A stretch of DNA of 64,000 nucleotides, taken from NCBI GenBank assembly GCA_009602735.1, contig WELA01003378.1, positions 65,712 to 129,711 on the forward strand, in the 5' to 3' direction. Numbering within the stretch: position 1 is the first letter of the stretch; every line of letters begins with the position of its first letter. The notes beneath the pieces were generated by a model, which worked only from the letters and a program-made list of their open reading frames with translations, was not told the origin of the DNA and ran no database searches. Source of the DNA: Mesotaenium endlicherianum. Lineage: Eukaryota. Positions 38,101 through 51,006 of the stretch are shown here, in pieces. The position numbers and the translations under genes are program-made.

Positions 38101-39073
38101 ATCAGAGATAGGTGGAAGCGTGTGAAATCAGGGAGCGATCTTCGCCCTTATAATGAATTTCGTTTACTCTTCTATAACCCTTAACTCACTTATCGTAGTG
38201 TGCCATAGTTGCACACGAATACAAGGCACAAGAAAGAGGCGAGCTTGAGGACTAGAGCTTCTCCTTTAGAAACTCATGACCTCTTGCCTACCAGGCATAC
38301 AAGCATGTATAAGCACATACACAACATCAGGGGACTGAATAGCAAAGGCGCTCTCATTCAGATGACCATAAAGTAGCTAAAACACATCCCACTGACTTAG
38401 GTGCAAAACCATTGAATTTATTTGCTGTGTGACCCCAAAATGTCAGAGGGCATAACTCTGTCAATACTGCTCCAAATTGAGAAAACTCAACGGCAACGGA
38501 TGCATCTTGACGAGACCTTTTTGAAAAAACCTAGCTCGCTCCATTTGGAGCGCAAACAAAGCAGCCATGTCAATTTCCGTGAAGGCTGGTCATTAGAACG
38601 AACCCAAAAAGTGCACACATGACTTGCCAGTAGAAATCCGACTGTAAAGCCTACTGTCCAGAATAAGGGACCACGAGATCCCAGCCTGCTATGTACCTAG
38701 TGACCACCTGGTTGACCACGGCGCAAGGTGCGCCGTTTCGTGGGAAGCCCGTTAAGTTGGGACCCACGGATCTAGGTATAACGACCATATTAATTGGTCG
38801 GTTGACTGAAGTCCTAACTGTTCAATTGACTGACGACGGCTCCGCCTACCCAGGAGTTAACCACACTGGTAGGACATCGGTTTACCGAATCTCAGTCGAC
38901 CTCCCGACTTTCAGTATACTACGGTCACATGTGCCAATCTACAAATAATAATCTAAATGAATACATCTATCCTCAGCGTACTGAAGCTAAGTACATTGAC
39001 TAATATCAAGCGAGCTTACTATATGTCAACCTACTGATATTATACCCTATATATAACTGATATATAAATCTCA
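35176..39073 (-). mobile_element. Putative non-coding LTR element(s), family E: LTR about 38049-39073, PBS 38036-38047, no recognisable ORF
   Basis: Minus strand reads ...GCATTTCA-A-TGGTATCGGAGC; LTR shares a box with the family A LTR; left edge TGTAATGAAC interrupts an A LTR; boundaries uncertain. Confidence 0.55.
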
Positions 39074-39080
39074 GCAAACT

Positions 39081-40954
39081 ACCAGGTCTATGGAAGCCCA
39101 TCCCCAGACGCGGCAACGTCAAGGTATGAAGAACGCCAGTGCAATATTGGCAAATGGGCCGAAGAATGCAGAATTCAAGAAATTTTTGAGGGTCTGGAAA
39201 GACCATTTGTGTAATGAATCAGTATATTGGTTAATATAATATTCATTTAAATATAACAGTTAAATAAGTTCAGCCTGCTGAACTCTAGTTAATAATCACT
39301 CTGCTGGACTTTATAATTTGTTATCAGTTTAACGACTCAGCCGGAAGCAGCAGGCTGAAGTCAGCTTAAGTCAGCTTGCTGACACATTCTTCGACAGCCA
39401 GCTGACTTCCGTACTCGGTAGCTGCGAACTGCCTCGATATGCATCTAAGTGTGGTATGCTAGATGAATGGCCAGATGACATCCCTATGATGGATGACGAT
39501 TCGGGATCATGGGAGATGGCGGTGGATTTGGTTAACCGAGGTCCTACCAACGTGGTTAACTCCCGGGTAGGCGGTGCCATCGCACTGGCCGTTTAACAGT
39601 AAACTCATTCCATGTACATATGCTAGGCATTGCTCTCGAGTTCGGCATTCGGAAACGAGGCCAACTCTCTTGTACGGCTTACTGAGAGAGATCTTAATCC
39701 AAGGCGAGAAGCCATTGATACGCACTGTCTTCTAACCTTGCTTATGTATGAGTTTACTGATTGCATTATTGATGCTAGTTTACTCGCATTTGACTTACGA
39801 GTGTCATTCACTGCTAGTGTGTTGTCCTTTTGCCGTTTAATCAGTTAACGAAAAATCCATAAAGATTACTTGCTGATATAAAGATCTTTATTAATTGTTA
39901 ATCGCCTATCTGGTAAGTCGATTCATTTCAATTTGCCTGGAGGTGATTTTTGAAGAACGCAGGAAGGAGACGGTCGAGAGATTGCCCCCCACACCTGTCT
40001 TGATGAGCCCAGAGCCAGAGGCCAAAGGGCAACCACAAGACACGGTTGGCAGCACAGCTGAGTCGATCACCAGGCAAATCATGGAGCAGTTGCTGGAAGC
40101 AGACGCCCCTCGACTCAAGGAAGAGAAAGTGGCGAAAGCAGCTCGCGTTCTATAGTCAGCCATCATCAACATGGCGAGGCTCAACACAGGAGGGGATGAA
40201 GAATCGGCGCCTCCTAGAACAGAGAAGCCAGAGGAGGGAGAGGATGCAAAGATGCAAGGCCTCTCAGAGTTGGAGTTGCCATCACTCAACAATGGAGGGA
40301 ACGCCAGGGAAGAAATTCCACGTTTTCCCACGCCAGAGTTGGATCTGCTTGACTTACAGGAGCTAAGGACAGACAACTGGGTAGCTGACCACCTAATGGG
40401 CCAAGCCCGGCAGACCTTTGAAGAATTAAGGTCACCAACATCTAGTACCCCTACTGCTAGTCTTCCAGTGGCAGAGCCCAAGTCAACCGCACGACCGCCG
40501 CAACGGCAGGAGGTGACTGCCTGCACTGCTAAAGTGGAGACAGTGCAAGGTAAGCCCGAGGGTCGCGCAAGCAGACCAAAGAAGGTGGCTCGTGAGGGTA
40601 ACGCATCTTTTAGGAGGATGCTATAGCGATATTTCAAGCATAAGGGGAAGGCTCAGAGAGTGGGCGTTCCGCGAGGAACCACAGCCCCACCTCCTCCGCC
40701 TCTGCGGGATATTCTGCAGAGAGAGGGAGAGGACGGCTTGATTCGCAGGGCAATGGCATTGGGCATTAGTGTGCCGCTAGGCATGAACACACCCTTGTTG
40801 CAACTATCAGATCTTAGGGTGCAGAGGTCGGAGGCACCTGCTCCCATGACACCTGCAATCATAGAATGGGAACTGATGGATCTGGGGAACACCATCAGCC
40901 GCTTGACCGCAGCAGATGATGTTTTCCTCGCACAACTAGCGGCACCTCAAAGGC
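39081..40954 (+). mobile_element. Second fragment of element C downstream region, decayed low-complexity ORF, split by a solo LTR
   Basis: 39081-39209 and 39931-40060 align to the reverse complement of about 33150-33412. Confidence 0.75.
39210..39930 (+). repeat. Family A solo LTR (721 bp) with TSD ATTTG
   Basis: ATTTG at 39205-39209 and 39931-39935; empty-site sequence visible near 33270-33295. Confidence 0.95.
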
Positions 40955-41187
40955 TGAAAGGGGCAGAGTGCCCTAGTGGAAGCGTAGTGGCTCACGAGGA
41001 ACAAAGCTAGTTGCAATTATACTCAAGAGTGCAACGGCATATCACTAAGAAAGCTTAGAAAAAATACTCAACATTTTGAGTAGCAAAAAATTGCTCACAA
41101 ATGATGGGAGATGAAAGGCCTTGTTTTTACAAACCCGTAGAAATCTACAGAAGTGAAAATTGATAAGAAGCAAAGAAGTTATGCCTA
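40955..41187 (-). repeat. Truncated family B LTR (3' 233 bp) fused to an ABC transporter exon
   Basis: Matches 5342-5574; homology ends at ...TTATGCCTA. Confidence 0.9.
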
Positions 41188-44100
41188 ACACCGCCTTCTT
41201 CTACGCCTGCATGTCGCAGGTGCTCTTCTGCTCCACCCCCTGCCTCGCTCCAGGCAGACTCCTCCCCTGGGGAGGGCAGAGATGGCTGGCAGGCTCACAC
41301 ACTTGAGGAGGGGGGAAGGGGGGGGACGGCAGGTGCTGGTGCTGGGGGTGTTCACGGGCACCGTGTTCTATCAGACAGGCGGCGGGCCCGAGCGCACCAC
41401 CATGGACCTGCGCAAGTCCCTGGCCTTTCTGGCGGCCCTGGCCATGGCGCTTGGCTCTATCTCGCAGCTGCCCTCCATCATCGCTTCTTCCTCTCGGAGC
41501 ATGCATTCACTCTCTGTCTCCCTTCCTCACAGTTGCAACACACACGCATGCATATGCGCAGTCCCCCACGCAGGCACACACGCACGCGCACACACGGAAA
41601 GACGCACTCTCTCACACACGTACGCATGCAGACATGCTCGCAGACACGCACATGAGAGGATGGGGTACTTGGAGCTGAGCCGTGAGAAGGTGGAGGATGG
41701 GAGGGGTGGCAGGTGTTCCAGAAGTAGTACGAGGCGCGCTTCTTCCGCCCCGCCGCGTACGTCCTTGCCAGCTCCCTCAGCCAGCTGCCCTTCCACTTCT
41801 GCGAGGTCAGCCGCTGGCCCGCGTGCGCCCCACATGCAGCACCGCTTGCGCGGGAGTGCGGGCTCACGAGGGAGAGCTGACCCCTGTGCACGTGGGGGAG
41901 CAGATGGTGGTGTACTCGCCGCTGGTGTACTGGCTCACGAGCTTCAGCGGCTCGCAGGCGGGCGCGCACTTTCTCATGTTCATGCTCATCATCCTCCTCA
42001 CCGTGCTCGCCAGCTCGTCCCTCGTCCGCCTCATTGCCTCCATCAGCGCCACCCCTGAGACCGGCGGCGCCCTTGCAGGTGCCACCCGTCTCGTCTTTCT
42101 TCTTCTTGACAGCTGCTCCGCTTGCCAGGCAGATGCAGCAGAAGGAGGTGGAGGGATGTGACCAAGCGATGAATGCCGGGGGGGGGGGGTTCCTGGCGAG
42201 GCAGGGCTGTGTGTTGTGACCATGCTGCTGTTCACGGGCTTCCTGATCAGCAAGAACAACATCCCCGCGTGGTGGCTGTGGATGTACTACGTGAGCCCGC
42301 TGCAGTGGTCCGTCACCGCCATCGTGGCCAACGAGTTTCTGTCCGCCCGCTACAACCAGGTGCCCCCGCTTCTTGCGCTCTTGCTCTTGCTTGCTCCTGG
42401 ATGGCTGCTGTATGCTGACCGACAAACTGAGGGAGGGCGAACAAGCAAGCAAGCAAGCCAGTGTGGGAGGTAGGGAGGAGGGGACTGAGGTGCTCATGGC
42501 GGGCGGGGATAGGGGGGGAGCGTATGTGGGGCAGGTGTGCTCGGATGCGCTCGTCCCAAGCGCATCCTATTGCCGAGGGAGGCAGGGCGTGGGCATAGGG
42601 CGCGCGTACTTGGAGTCATACGAGCTGCCCACCAGCTACGTGCGTGGGGTGTGGCTCGGCCTGGGCGTGCTGGCCGCCTACTATGCCTTCTTCCTCTCCC
42701 TCACCTACCTGGCCACATCCCGCATCCGCTTCAACGAGGTGCCACGGCCACCGCCACCACTACTACTGCATGCTCTTGTTTGTGCTCCTCCTCCCTTTCA
42801 TTTCCGACGTCAATTTGCAGTTGGGCAGTCAGTCAGTCAGTCGTCAGTGTCTGGGGCTTGTGAGAACGAGGCGCACCATCCATGGGTTGTGCGTTCTAGT
42901 ATTCCTGGCTCCTCACGCTGCCCTCCAAGTTCTCCTTCTCCAGGGAAAGGTTCCCCCGGCAGACCGGCTCCAGCCGCTCCCGGCAGTGCAGCCCCGCAAG
43001 AAGTCTCTGTACGCTCTCAAGAAGATTGGACTCAAGAGGAAGGCAAAGCAGGGGGAGGCAGCGCGTGGCATGCCTGACGAAGGGGCGGAGGAGGGGGAGG
43101 AGGAAGCACGCGAGCAGCACCACCAGGATGGCCACGACTTGGAAAATCCCCAGGGAGCGCGAGGGTTTGCCCTCCAGCAACACGAAACATAAGAGGATGC
43201 CGCAGGCCTCAGCTTTGCGCCAGCTGTTCTGTCCTTCCACGACCTTGTCTATGAGGTGCAGCCTTCCACTTAAACTGCTTGCTGCTGCCGTCATTTGTTT
43301 CCAGCCCGCCGTAGTAGTACACCCACACACAAGCGTGCAGAGGCAGGTGCAGCAGCAGCAGCGCCCTGACGCGGGGGAGAGCGTGCAGGTGGACATTGCG
43401 GGGGTGAGGGAGCCGCGCGTGCTGCTGAGCGGCGTGTCCGGCCTGGCCAAGCCCGGCTCCATGACCGCGCTCATGGGCTCCTCAGGTGCGTGAGACAAGA
43501 TATGCTGACGCTGCAGCAGCTCTGTTTCAGTCTAGCTTAGCCTAGCCTGGCTAGCCCAGCCAGAGTGGCACTGGCCTAAGGTGGCACTCGATGGGCTCAG
43601 GGGCGGGCAAGACCACGCTGCTGGACGTGCTGGCCGGCCGCAACACCATGGGCCGCGTGAGGGGCGACATTCTCATCAACGGCTTCCCCAAAGTGCGGGA
43701 CACCTTTGCCCGCATTGCCGGGTGGGTGAGCTCCCTCCCTGCCCGCCTGCCCACCTGCCCGTCTGCCATTCAGCGTGACGCCCTGTCAGTCGTGCCCATC
43801 CTGATAGCTTGTTGCGGGTGGGGAGGAGCAAGGGGTGGCAGGTATGTGGAGCAGATGGACATCCACACGCCCTACATCACGGTGCGCGAGTCTCTCGACT
43901 TCAGCGCTGCCCTGCGACTTCCCAGAGGCACGTCGGCTACCCGCCAGCATGCGTTTGTCCAAGAGGTAGGCAGGGGGTGCTCACTTACCAGCCCTTTCCA
44001 CTGCCACCAGTGCTGCTGCTGCTTGTCCCTCCGCCTCCTGGACAGGAGCGCCAACTGCACAATGCCCTGGCTGCATGGGGCCGGCAGGTGATGGACCTGC

Positions 44101-47100
44101 TGGAGCTGCACCCCATAGCCAACAAGCTGGTGGGCTTCATCGGCACCAACGGGCTGGCAGTGGAGCAGGTCAAGCGCCTCACCATCGGCGTTGAGCTGGT
44201 GCTGCCTCCATCCTGGGGGCCATTCCCGTTGCTTTCTCGTTCCTATCCCTGAGGAGGAGGAGGAGGGGGAGGAGCCTGAGGTGGTGCCCGTTGTTCTCTG
44301 CCAGGTGGGAAATCCCAGCATCCTGTTTCTGGACGAGCCTACGAGCGGACTCGACAGCCACGCCGCCCAGATCGTGATCAACGGCGTGCGCAACATCGCC
44401 AATACGGGGCGCAGCGTCATCTGTACTATCCACCAGCCCAGCCGGCGCCTGTTCCTGGCCTTCAACCAGCTGCTGCTGCTGAAGCGGGGTGGCGAGGTAG
44501 CTTACTTTGGGCCCATAGGCGATGATGCCCGCGACCTGCTGGTGGGTGCACACATCTCTCCCTCTTGCACGCTCGCTTGCTGCTACCCGTGACGCTCACT
44601 TTGCAGACTGGAGAGGGGCTGGCTCCCTGGCCGTGTTCCTGAGAATGGCCGGTTGCCTGCGTGGGGTCATGGACGGGGTGGCAGGAGTACCTGCAGGCGC
44701 TGCCGGGCGTGGGAGAGTGCCCGCGCAACAAGAACCCGGCCTCGTGTATCGCTCCATCCCACTGTACATGCTGCTGCTGCTGCTGCTGCCGCCGCCGCAG
44801 GGCCTTAGCTTCATGGCCGCTCCTCTCCTCTCCTCTTCTCTCATTGGGGAGTGAGGGGAGGGTGGCGGGGGGGCGGCAGTCATGCTGGAGATTGTGGGCG
44901 CGGGCATAGGGCATGCCCAGCGGCGTGACTTCGGGCTGCAGTACAAAAACAGCCTCCTGGCCCTCCACACCCGTGCGTATGCCTTGCACCCAATTTTCCC
45001 CTGCGCCAGGCAAGGAAGCACTCCAGAGTGGGTGGAGTACTCAAGGACACTGAGCTTGTGTGGTGGCGGGGACAGAGGAGGAGCTGGACAGGCTCAAATA
45101 CGGCAGGGGTGACTACGGGGCCGAGCCTCAGGTGCGCGGATACGCTGCCACGTGGAGCACTATGGCCTCCGTTGTCATCATGAGGCAGTACAAGACCTAT
45201 TGGCGTAACGTGTCATACAGGTAGGTTCCTAGCTGCTGCTGCTGCTGCTGCTGTTACTCCCCCCCCTGTGACACGAGGCAATTGGCTCTCTGTCATGCCT
45301 CCGCTAGCCAGCAGGGGGGCAGCATTCGCAGTAGACCGGGGACTCAATATGACTGGAGGCCCCTTCTCATGGGATGCAGCTTTGGGCGCATGATGTTCTC
45401 CGTTGTGCTGGGGCTACTGCTGGGCAGCACGTACTGGCAGGTGCTCTCTCTCACACTCTCTGCAACCGTGCCATGTCAGCTGCAGTACCACATGCACCTA
45501 TGTCCTCTCTGCTTGATGCCAGTAAGGGAGAGCATCGAAGTGCGTGTGGGTGTTTGTGCGTGCATGCTAATGTGCAGATTGAATACGTCACGGTGCCGGG
45601 GCTAGCATCGCGGAGCGGCCTCATCTACATCGCGCTCATCTTTGTGGCAATCGTCAACGCCAACGTCATCCCCCAGGCACCGCCTTCCTCCACCGCTTGA
45701 GCTGGTCGTGATGTGTGCAGGTTCGCGTGGCTCTCGAGGGTCAGGTCACGAGGCAACAGAGAGGAATTCTATGATGTTATTTGCACTGTCTTCTCACTCT
45801 CACCTCGCCCTGCGTATGTATACGGCAGGTGAATGCGGAGAGACCCGTGTACTACAGGGAGCAGGCGGGCAACATGTACTCCTCCACTCTCTACAACCTC
45901 TCCTGGGTCCTTGAGGTCAGTGGGGGCACTCCCGTGGTCTTGTGCTCACGGTCTCAAACCCTTGAAGCCACTTGGCATGCCTTCATGGATTCGTACGACC
46001 CAAAAATGGAACACAAAATGAGTGAACTACAATGAGATTGCAAAATTTGTGTCGCAGTCGTTTGGGAGGAGGCAAACTGCTCGCACGGAAGCGAAGCAAT
46101 TTAGGTCATTGGTCTGACTTGGCACATGCGCGGGCCTTGTGCTGCAGCTGCCGTACCTGTGCATCTCCACGCTGCTCTTTTGCGCCATCTGCTTCTCCAT
46201 GGCTGGGGTGGCCATGGACAGCGCGCCACTTCGTCCAGTTCTGGTTCATCTTCTTTGAGTACGCGGCCGGCATCACCTTCTTCGGCATCCTGCTGGCCAT
46301 GCTCACCCCCAATGCCGAGGTGGGGCAACCCCTTCCTTCCCCCCTCCGACCCCCCCTGCTGCTTCTTCTCTTAAACTGCCGATGCCAAGTAGCGGTCTGG
46401 GGCTTGAGTTGAGATGCTCAGCAAAGCAACCGTGCAGTGGAGTGGAGTGACTCCATGCGCTTGTTGTTAGTCGTCTTACAGCTGCACACTGCCGCCCCAT
46501 GCATGGCTGACACTGCGGGAGCTTTTTGAGGTGTCGCTGACAGACGGCAACCATTATCATTCCCGTCGTCATCACCATCTGGTACGCACTGACACTATAC
46601 TTCGCGCTTGGTGTCCTGTTCCCGCAGCCTGTTTGCAGCGTAGGTTGTCCCCTCTTTCTCTGTGCTGGAAGCCGCAGGGCTTGTATGTTTCAATTTGTCC
46701 GCAGCTTCAAGCAGAATCAAAAGACGAGTGCCCAGCTTGTGATGCTGATCAGAGGTGGTGTTGGGGCAATGCGGAGCGGGGCAGGAACATCATGTCGGGG
46801 TTCTTGATACCCAAGAGCGAGATTTCGACCTTCTGGTCGTGGCTGTACTGGCTGAATCCCACCCGATATGCACTCAATTCGCTGACAGCAATCGCATTCT
46901 ACTGCGACACCGAGGAGGGGCCCTGCAGCCCCCCGGGGTGCGAGCTCAACCCTGCGGCCTGTCCTGCGTGCGATTGTGTGCGCCTCAAGGATGCCGGTGA
47001 TGCTCTCACATGGCAGGCCATCAGGTCGTTGCGAGACCTTAAGTATGACTCCAGGTCAGGCTATATGACTATCTTGTTCCTATTCAATGTTGTGTTCAGA

Positions 47101-47148
47101 AGTTCCGCATCCCTCGCAGTCACATACATGCGATTCAACAAGCGTTGA
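41187..47148 (+). pseudogene. PDR-type ABCG transporter, 5'-truncated (TMD1-NBD2-TMD2 only), with nonsense and frameshift lesions
   Basis: [71 protein letters not shown] near 41724, TAA 43190-43192, frameshift near 46225. Confidence 0.87.
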
Positions 47149-48228
47149 CTTCTGACCAATCCCAGATGCTGGTGTATTTGATGGTGATCTCAGTTCCTGT
47201 ACCCACACTTACTGCAGAGAATTAAACTTTGCTGATAGGTCTTTTACATAGACATTGGAGCACTAGCTTAATGTCCTCATTGACAGGAGAGATAGGAGAG
47301 ATAGGTGCACATTTTAGCAACGCTTCTTACTACCGTATGTCAGTGATGTGTAGTAAAATTAGGTAAGTTTCCTAATTTGTGTAGGAACCTCTGTAGCTAA
47401 ATTTCCTAATTACGGAAGAAGTCCCTGTAGAGTACTAAATATAACAGTCTCAGGATGTTCTTTGCAATTACAAATAAAAAGTTATTGCTCACATTCATGC
47501 CACAGCAGATTCATTCATGTATTACCCTCAAGAGTACTTCATGACACATACATCACTGGCAGTGTATGAGCTCTTTATACAAGGTCTGCAAGACCTTCCA
47601 CAGTGCTGCACAATCAGTTTTCTGAAAAGCAACAGCACCTATAAAGCGACAACCGCTCACAATATTCTACAGCTACTCCACTACAGCCAGAACAGGTGGC
47701 AGCTATGACACCATTTCTCGCCTTGCGGATTTGCCAAGGGAGCGCTTCTCTGCTTCAAGGCCTAGTAACATTCTAACAGACAGGCCAGCTGGGGTACCGT
47801 GCAGTCCTCCCAGATGATGCATGCAAGCATGGCAGTCCCTCTCAAGTGGCAAGTGCAAGCACAACTCCTCCATCAGCTCACTGGCGTGGCGCAAGCACAC
47901 CCATGGCCTGCAGGCAGCCACAAAGGATGAAATGGGACTGCGGTGAGTTGCCTCGGCTCTACACCTAGCAGGCAGCATCACCCACCCACCCATCCACCCT
48001 CCCACTACACTGCACTCGTGTCATCAGTACAACACCTGGTGCGAGCACAGGTACTAGACCTTCAACATGGGAGGACCATCACCATCGCAAGAAATGGCCT
48101 GAATGGTGAAACCAGCTGGATGCGAGAGGAAGCAGTGACATTGTGCTAACACATCACTCAACCAGTGGGCACAACGTACCTGTCCAGGAACTTCACCACG
48201 TGGTCTCGACTACTTCATGTGGCTCCAT

Positions 48229-49702
48229 TTAGACTTCAATAATGTCCAGAAGTCCCTCAGTGTCAGCACCATCTCGGTGTAGGCATGCTTGACATGTCCG
48301 CTGGCCGATGCCAGCACATGCTTTGCAGGCAGTGCATGTGGAGGCAGCTCCTGCCTTGATTGCTTCCAGCTCCTTCTTCTGCAACCACCCCATGCTCCAC
48401 CTTTCCCTATCCTGCATACCAAAGCAGCGTTCAGCCACTGCACTCAGACCCACACAGCAACTGCCCTGCCCTACTATACTGAGAGGCGCAAGCGAGGATA
48501 TCTTGCTCCTCTGCAATCTATCCAGCATGACTGTCTGGAACAAAAAGAACACCGAGGCATCCTGTCTCAGTCTGCAATTACAATCTGCATGACAAACAAA
48601 GCAACGCACCACCTCTAATATAGTGCTGTCATTATTGCGACAAGATACTCACGCTCCCGCCTAACAGCACAGCTTCTCCCCATCACAACCATCCGGATGA
48701 AGTATGAATAACAAACAAGAAGTACTTTCGTCTTCACAGTTACATCTCTTAACCACTTGAGCGAGCAATAAGAGGGCAGTGGCACTAAAGCACCTTAAGG
48801 TTCTGCATGTTGACCCAGAAGCGTGCATTCTCGTCACAGGTGGCAATCATCTCAACAAACCACTCCTTGCCTTGCCTCTTTTTTGACTCAATTCTAAAAT
48901 GCCTCCATCCAAAGGTTTGCTCCAATGCGGTCCACTTGGAATCTGTTCCCCATGGCATGTGGCAATCAAAATTGCTTAATCATTCCGGTCCTGCTCCTCC
49001 CTTAGATTCGCCCTTGGTCTCGTTCTGTCAGTCAAAGGCTTAATGCTTCACATGCCATGAACGATCATCGTCGTACTTATTTCAATGACCAACAACTTAT
49101 TTCAACGACCAACATACCCCGTATCCTCTCGATGTTAACAGGGTTGCGCCTGTGGTAACCACCCTTCGAGAGAATCCCCTTTCCATGACAACACTCACAT
49201 GGCACTTGCTTCGTTCCTGCATAAGACAAGGAGCCAGTAAGGCACAATACCACAAGGGGCACAATTTAAGCACCCCCTCAACACGAGCTCATATGGATCC
49301 TCCAGAAAGTGTCTGTTGCTTGTCTCCTTGCAGCGATCCATGCGCACAATCAAAGTCATGTTTGACTCCCGCACCAACAAACATACCTCTACAAATTCGA
49401 CAAGGAAGGCGAGGGTACATCTCGGAAAGGCTTCGAGAAAATTGGTTTCCTTCCCCTTTCTCAAGTTTCAAACTTGTCTGCCGTTTGGTGAAGTCCGAAA
49501 AGCCCTGCACGTTTGCGCTTACTGAAGCACTTACTGAAGACACCGATCGAACAAATTTTCCATTGTAGCATATCCAGTTTTTCTTCAAAGGAGAAGCTAA
49601 CCTCACTTTCCTGGACGCAATTGGCTGCAACACCCGGTCAGCTAGAATAAGGGAGTGGCCTAGGAAGAGGGTCCTTGGACCAAGCGGCGCACAGATAGCC
49701 AT
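48229..49702 (-). CDS. Probable plastid-targeted protein with CxxC zinc-finger repeats flanking a Trp-rich DUF2389/TIGR02450-like domain, 4 exons
   Basis: CRICRG..CECCHGKG; SKWTALEQTFGWRHF..FWVNMQNLK|DRERWSMGW; CKAC.G.GQRTCQAC; domain name from recall. Confidence 0.72.
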
Positions 49703-51006
49703 TTACTTTCAATCATAAAATAATTTCGAGAGGAAACAGATCACGTGCCGCATGCTACATGACAATATGTGCGAAGCACTACACACTTTTAGCTTCCATA
49801 TATACGACTTGCGGTAAGATGTGTAGCAAAATACGCAATTTTGACACGAGAATGACAGAGGGACACCTGCAATCAGACTAGTGAGCCATTCGCTCACAAA
49901 AAGCACTTTCTCAAGTCCGTGTATCATGTATGTTAGGCGCTATACAAGGGACACGGAACAAGAAATTGGTAACGAGGAGTCGAGCTTGCCCGGGCCATGG
50001 TCGGGCTAGCATCATCGTCAACTCGAGAAAGTCGACAGTCGTCGGAGCTGGACGGGGCTTCTCGTGGCTTCTCGTATCGTTGTGAGGTTCAGGGAACGGT
50101 GGGTCACGGTCAGTCACGGTGGCTCACGGACCACGATGGCTCACAGCGGCTCACAGCCTCGTGGTGGCTCACGGTGAACCACGGTAAACGTTGAAATAAG
50201 AGCTGAGCTGGAGAAAAAAAATGCCTGACGGTGTGTGATCTGGCCCGATCACTGGACAACCGCTGCCAACTGATTGCTGCCGATCTGCTGCCGATCGACC
50301 TTCTGAGTCAGTTCTGAGTCCTGACCCTGGTTCGGTCCACTTTGGTCATGCACTGTTGGTTCCCCTATTGGTTGCTGTTGATAACAGAGTGTAACAGAGC
50401 AACAGTTGATGCCAGTTGATGCACAAATCGCACGCGTACCAAAACTTGAACCCTGCTTGTTTGAGCGTCATGGTCGTCAGCAGTCGTCATTATTGTTCTG
50501 ACTTCATGGATGGTGAAACGTCGGGAGTCGGGACTCGGCATATCGTTCGTCTCGTATTGGCTTTAGCGAGAGAGAACCGGAGGTTCAGGGCTTGAGGCCT
50601 CGGGTTCAAGGTATTCTGTTAATTCTGGTCGCACTGGGTCCATGCAGCGGGGTGGAGTCAATTTATTGGTACAAATTGGTACAAATGGGTGACACAACGT
50701 CACGATCCGACTCATCCGAGTGTGACTACCATTTCATCTGTACGTCTAGCCTCGGAAGTACATGCTAAGCATGGTATTCTGCTAGAGGTATTGAGAGTGC
50801 CCTTCGTCTGAGCTGACGAGTGCTGACGATTGTCGGCATGCAACAGTCTGCACTCTTGCTGTAAAGGTCGTCATATGAAGGCTTGTGTAATCTATGCGCT
50901 AGTTTTGTTTCAGTTTCCTTGTCTGATTGCGTACCTTGTTTCTTTCAGACATCATATATTGTGAATATATGTTGTGAATATATATTGTGAGCGGTTCTAG
51001 TTTTTC

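Noticed and set aside
41712..43192. TAA/TAG read as Gln (alternative genetic code), suggested by a TAG at a conserved Gln position in the ABC gene
   Set aside because: Other host exons and the long pol ORFs contain no in-frame TAR, TAA ends three host genes, and the ABC gene also has a frameshift and a truncation
41200..47000. Many overlapping antisense and alternate-frame ORFs (also at 11200-14300)
   Set aside because: Expected in GC-rich exons and introns with few stop codons; no recognisable motifs
50100..50190. CRISPR-like or other prokaryotic repeat array
   Set aside because: Units are too short and irregular, there are no cas genes, and the context is eukaryotic
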